From Phallusia mammillata (taxonomy: Eukaryota): a stretch of DNA of 64,000 bases. The notes below the pieces were generated by a model. It was given only the letters and a program-made list of their open reading frames with translations. It was not told the origin of the DNA and did no database searches. Every line of letters starts with the position of its first letter. Position 1 is the first letter of the stretch. Positions 58,845-64,000 of the stretch are shown one piece after another. Made by a program: the position numbers and the translations under genes. Where the stretch lies: assembly GCA_965637545.1 (NCBI GenBank), contig OZ281494.1:4650001-4714000 (forward strand), given 5' to 3'.

Positions 58845-61800
58845 ATGAAACCAGCGTTCGAACGAGTATGGATTTTGACATTAGCTACATTCTATATGAC
58901 AGCCGAATTAGGTTGTGGATCAGGCAACGAAGACACAGAGACAGAAGAACTACCTGGTAATCTACAGACGAGCCAATGTATGGAACCACTGGGTATGGAA
59001 AGTGGGAATATAACCGACGATCAAATCACTGTCTCTGCAAGTATTAAAAGCCACGTTTACGGCAAAGAGAACGCCAGATTAAACAGCGATAGCGCTTGGG
59101 TGACACAAGCCAAAGTGGGCCCACATTGGATACAGGTACAATTGATTAATAACAAAAAAATGCAATTTTTGGGTATGTTAGTTAAGCGATGGGCAAACTT
59201 TACAAAACACAAATGCAAGTACATGACTTTCAAGCGAGTAACTTGTAAATGTAAACACTACTCTCAAAAGACCAAACGCGAAGAAAAAACTGTTAATTTT
59301 TTTCATTAGAAAGAAAAATATTTCAATTTTGGATTTGGTGTATTGATTACTGAAAATTGCAATGCCTACTATGAATAAACGCTTGCCTAAAATAATGTTG
59401 TGCAAAAAAACTGAAAACTAAAGCAATCGACCGTTTTTGTAAGTTAACAAAAACAATGTCAACTTCTCGGAATAGGAACAAAAGTCAAAATTTCGCTATT
59501 GGCTCAAAAACACGCCAGTATAAATAGTATAAGAATGCAGTGTTATTACCATGTTTTTGGCAATTATAATTGCCGGTGTAGCAAGAAGGAAAGCTTACAA
59601 AAAGCATATTTTTTGTATTTTTATTTTTATCAGATCAATTTTGTGGGTCAACGCATGGTAAGTGGAGTGAGCACACAAGGCAAATCATTCTACAACACTC
59701 CATCTTGGATATCAGAATACCAAGTAATATACAAAGTTAATCTTGAAGATATGAACTGGAAAACTGTCACCCACACTTCAGGGTAAGACAGAAACATGTT
59801 TTTTGGTTTCTTTGCTAATTTTTAACAAGTCGGTTAAAACGAGCATTGTACTGATTACTTAGTCCAAATTACGAACAGCGGGAAGAATCAGACCTACCAT
59901 GTTTTCAATCCCGCCCACCGAGGCCAAGCTCTTTTTTACAACTGTAAAATAAATTCCGAAAACAGGGTGAAATTATGTGTCTGATTATAAACGAAATGTA
60001 TCATGAACCAATTAATGTTTTAAACAAGTGCCCTGTTATCAATAATTCAAAACAGTATACTATTTTTTTTCATACACAACAAAACTTGAGTTATCCAGTT
60101 TAATGAATTTAACAGAGCTCCGAGGACGTTTTCAGCAAACACGAATGAAAGAAGAATTGTAACTCGAACATTCGACAAACCGGTGCTTGCTGAGGTAGGT
60201 GTTGGTTGATAAGTTTGTTGGAAGTGACTGCTGGTAATATTGAATGCAAAAACAGTTTAAAACCTGTATTTTGTACACGCTAACTGATGCTTTATTGGAG
60301 AAAAAAAATTACAAAAAAACTGCACGAACAAACATCCTTAATTTTTTTAAAACGTGATAACAAGACGATTTTTTTTAATATTAATTTTGTGCTTCTATGT
60401 GTACAATTTGGCTTTTTGCTACTTTATTGGAACCGTTTTTTTAAAGTTACATTGTAAATACAATTAAGGCATATGAAGTTTCTTTTTTATAAAATCAAAG
60501 AACAAAAACAAAAAAGCAACAGTGCTCGTATTATGGTTGATGTGTTTATTTGTGGTATTTGTGTAAAATGTGACATTTTCTGTTTCTTTTTTGGAACCGA
60601 TTACTTGTTTTACTCTCAGGTAATCCGAATCATTCCTACTGCTTGGCCGCGAAGTCTTAGTAGGATTGCACTGAGACTTGAATTGTATGGATGCCAAGTA
60701 GCAAAATCAGGTAACAGAGTTTTCAGGCCAAAAACAGCCAGAATTGACGAAAAAGGACACTGCTCGTAATAAACGTTAAAACTAAGGTTTAAAACAAAGA
60801 AGTTTTAGTCATACGTAACGTTTTAAAGTCAGGTATTTTGACTTGGTAAAATTGCCATCATACAACAGTGTACAAACAGTAAAATAAAGTTTGAACTGGC
60901 AACTTATTGACCCGTTACAACTAATATATGTTGTTTGCTCGAAAAGAGCTACTGCTCGATATCCGTGTCAAAACATGGCCTGAATTTGTTTGCATATTTT
61001 CTTTAAATCTCTTACACACACACGAGCCACTTGTTGAAATAGAGTTTTTATGTATATTTCACCACAGGTTGTGACAGTCCAAGAGTTCTGACAAGACGAA
61101 GCGGTTTCATTTCAAGTATGAACCATCCAGGAAATTACAACAACAATGCGAACTGTGTGTGGGAGATAACTGCACCGAAAACACAAGCTATCGTGTTGAA
61201 GTTTGAAACATTCGCCTTGGAAGGATTTAACAACTGCAGACTTGAATACGTAGAGGTGAACGATTAAGACTTTAAAACACAATTATCGCCCAAAGTCGCA
61301 TATGATATTGTTGTACAACCAAAAACCAAACCTAAAACGCAGTTTATGAACGAAGTTTTTAGAGGCAACCTACTTTTCGTCAGATTTTGAAAGATTTTTC
61401 AAAAACCAATGAAATTAATTTACGAAAACTAATGTGTCTAAAACATGTAAAAATCCGTTAAAACGTGTTTACTAAACGTTAGATGTTTCGAATTGAGGTG
61501 TAACGTTGCCTGGGCGCATGGTTTAACGATTGTAAGACGATTTTAAGTGAACAATTTGATTGTCCATTCGATGGTAAAATATAACGTTGCTTTTTGATGT
61601 CCTCTGTGCCAAGCAAGCTGTTGTATTGCACTGGTCAATCAATTTTTAGCATGTTTATGATTTATTCCACGCACATTAGAGTTTGATTTATTATACATAG
61701 TGCAAGTTGATAGCCACTGCTGTATACAATTTACTGTGTAATAGGTTTACGATGTGATTGGAGGCAGAGAAATTTCACTGGGCAAGTACTGCGGCAAAGT

Positions 61801-63749
61801 CACCCCGCCCAAGTTCGTCTCTGGTGGCAACTTATTGAAGGTGATTATGACATTATCCGCATGCGGGTCGCCAAGTTGAACTCGGGTTCAAGGAGATGAA
61901 TTTGGCGAAACAAAAGTTTTTGCTGCCTTTGTCGGGAAACCGTTAAGTCTGTGGCAAGCTTGGGGAATTGTTAGTGTTTTTTTAACGACTTATGGAAGTA
62001 TTCTTAGTTGTCATAGTAAACATATGTGTTTGTTAGTTTAAAACATTGCATTGGAAAAAAGTGGGTTATTAATGAAGTGAATTGTATATTGAAGGGCTAT
62101 ATACAAAGCTATCGCTGTTTTAGTTAAAAATCATTTGAAGTGAAGTAAATAAGAATCATCTCACCATGAATCAATGAATATTCTTATATTTTCGTTAAAA
62201 AAAAAAAAGTCCAGAAACAATGTGATAACAACCAGAGGAATTATGCTAAGTGAATTGTTTTGTGACATTGATCGACCAATGAGACCTTATTATTAGATAC
62301 ACCGCACCACTAAAGCATGTTTAGACGGTGGCAATAACATTTAACTGTTTTACAGGTGCATTTCATGTCTGACCATTTCGAATCCGACGTCGGTTTTAAA
62401 GCCCATTATCAATTCTACAACGGATCAGGATGCGGAGGTCCTCGAGTAAGTAAATGACTTCTAAATTTTAACGCCCGGCGAAGGTTCAACATAACGAAGG
62501 CATATAACGACGTGTTTACAAGGTGTTCTACTTATAAGTTATCGCGTACATGTGATATACGTAAAGCTATGAAACTTTATGAGATGTAACGGACGGAACG
62601 CATCAGGTCAAGGTCAAAAGGTTAAAACTAGTACATGCGCCAACGTTGCACATAAAAATTGAAGTTTAGTATGATACGAACATCTTTGAAACGCATCTCG
62701 TAGTGGTTTTGCAAAGACCTAAATACTGCACCAACTTAGCAAAACATACATTATCATCTGTATAATTTGTTCAACGTGTAAAAAGGTAACAGGCAACAGG
62801 GTTAAAAACACAGCTTTAGCACAATACATCCTTTTGGTATCACAAATCAATACAGTGCTGTGCTCATTGCTTGTTAATGAATTTCTAGTGAATATATGAA
62901 ACTTTATTGAACTAGTAATGATGCTATTCAGCAGACATAAATATAGTCTGAACGTTTCTTGGATAAAACCGCCTGACAAGCCTTTGTTAATTGATTACAG
63001 ACACTCAACGACCCTGTAGGTCAGTTCCACTCGAACAACTATCCCCAAAACTACGATGGGAGCCTGAACTGTGAGTGGGACATCACAGTTGAAGAGGGAA
63101 ATGTGAGTTCATGTTTCTTTGATGCAAATTTTATGAAAAACGGTTTTGTTAAGAGGCTTGCAATTCATACTTTAACGCGTGTATACACGTTCCCTGATTA
63201 GTCAACTTTCAACAACACCGTAAAACAGTGGTCGGCAACAGCCGGTCGGTGAGGAGTTCGTTACGGGGCCGTATAGTTTTTAAGGTTAAATGCATTGAAA
63301 CATTTTCTTTGTGCATCCTGGGGTTTATAAACTAATTTAAGCGTTTTTGTTGCTTAATACTTCTAGCTTTTTAAAGGTCGGTCCGCCATAAAATTTTAGT
63401 TTCAAAAATGGTCCGCAGTACAAAAAAGGTTGCCGACCCTGCCGTAAAACATTCGTGCGTCAAAAAGCATTACCAGTTTTTCGCCAATCGTAACTAAATA
63501 CAATTAAATGAACCTATAGATAGAACCACTGCAACTACAGCACGATTAGAATCTAATATATAACATACAAACTATATTAGTCGGTTAAACCTGGTATTTC
63601 GCAAATGCTGTTGTGTCACTGTTGCTTACAAAGGCTACCATGTTGTGCTGCAGCTCATAGAAATCATGTTCGATGACCTTCAAATAGTAGAGGGGTCAAG
63701 GGAAGGGAGTGACCGCGACAGACCGAGATGTGGACGTGACAATCTGCAG
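58845..63749 (+). CDS. Secreted or cell-surface discoidin (F5/8 type C)-CUB-CUB protein, 3'-partial
   Basis: Exons 58845-59135 (signal peptide; CMEPLGMESGNITDDQIT...ARLN), 59634-59782 (VSGVSTQG), 60116-60194, 60620-60710 (IALRLELYGC), 61068-61255 (CUB1, HPGNYNNNANCVWEI), 61745-61840 (GKYCG), 62356-62445 (GFKAHY), 63001-63102 (CUB2, YPQNYDGSLNCEWDI), 63654-63749. Phases are consistent; the gene runs off the right edge. Confidence 0.9.
63226..63441. mobile_element. hAT-type MITE, 216 bp
   Basis: Ends CAGTGGTCGGCAAC and GTTGCCGACCCTG. Perfect TSD CCGTAAAA. Confidence 0.95.
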
Positions 63750-64000
63750 GTATTCATACTTACGACGTAGCTGCGCTAAATATCAAGTCGCACAATTGAC
63801 TCTCTAGCGACCACGTTTGTCGTATTTACATCCTTTAAAATAAATGTTTAGTTAACGAGTATCGTGAGATGCAAGAAAACGAGCCAGCAACAGTTCATGT
63901 CAACAAAGCGCACTTTTATTCTTTAAAACCAAATAGCGTTTTCGTGATAACCTCAATCTAACAAACGTTTTTGGTCTAGTAATGTTTCAATGGGATTTCT

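Noticed and set aside
259-62979. Most remaining 60-130 aa ORFs in the supplied track
   Set aside because: They are antisense shadows or intron read-throughs of the exons listed, or chance ORFs in AT-rich introns and repeats.

Overview
Eukaryotic, AT-rich, intron-rich DNA, most likely from an ascidian tunicate. The main evidence is the exact 16-nt Ciona-type spliced leader ATTCTATTTGAATAAG; the species cannot be determined. I assembled exon chains by hand from splice signals and checked that intron phases close. Gene content, left to right: (1) a minus-strand receptor tyrosine phosphatase copy with two in-frame nonsense codons, running off the left edge; (2) a complete 12-exon SLC6 transporter with an unusual substrate pocket; (3) a complete 30-exon plus-strand paralog of the phosphatase (C-type-lectin-like domain, FN3-like domains, TM, PTP D1 and D2), arranged head-to-head with the first copy around the SLC6 gene; (4) TECPR2, 25 exons, minus strand; (5) a 7-exon signal-peptide-bearing CCR4/nocturnin-like EEP enzyme; (6) a solitary SL-RNA-like gene; (7) the 5' part of a discoidin(F5/8C)-CUB-CUB protein. 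Introns and spacers hold nine hAT-type non-autonomous elements with 8-bp target-site duplications, plus tRNA-derived SINEs and a Helentron/HINE-like element. The most unusual signals are the orphan SL RNA gene, an SL-complementary 16-mer kept at the same intron position in both phosphatase paralogs, the lectin-like receptor phosphatase pair, and the secreted EEP enzyme. No database searches were run.
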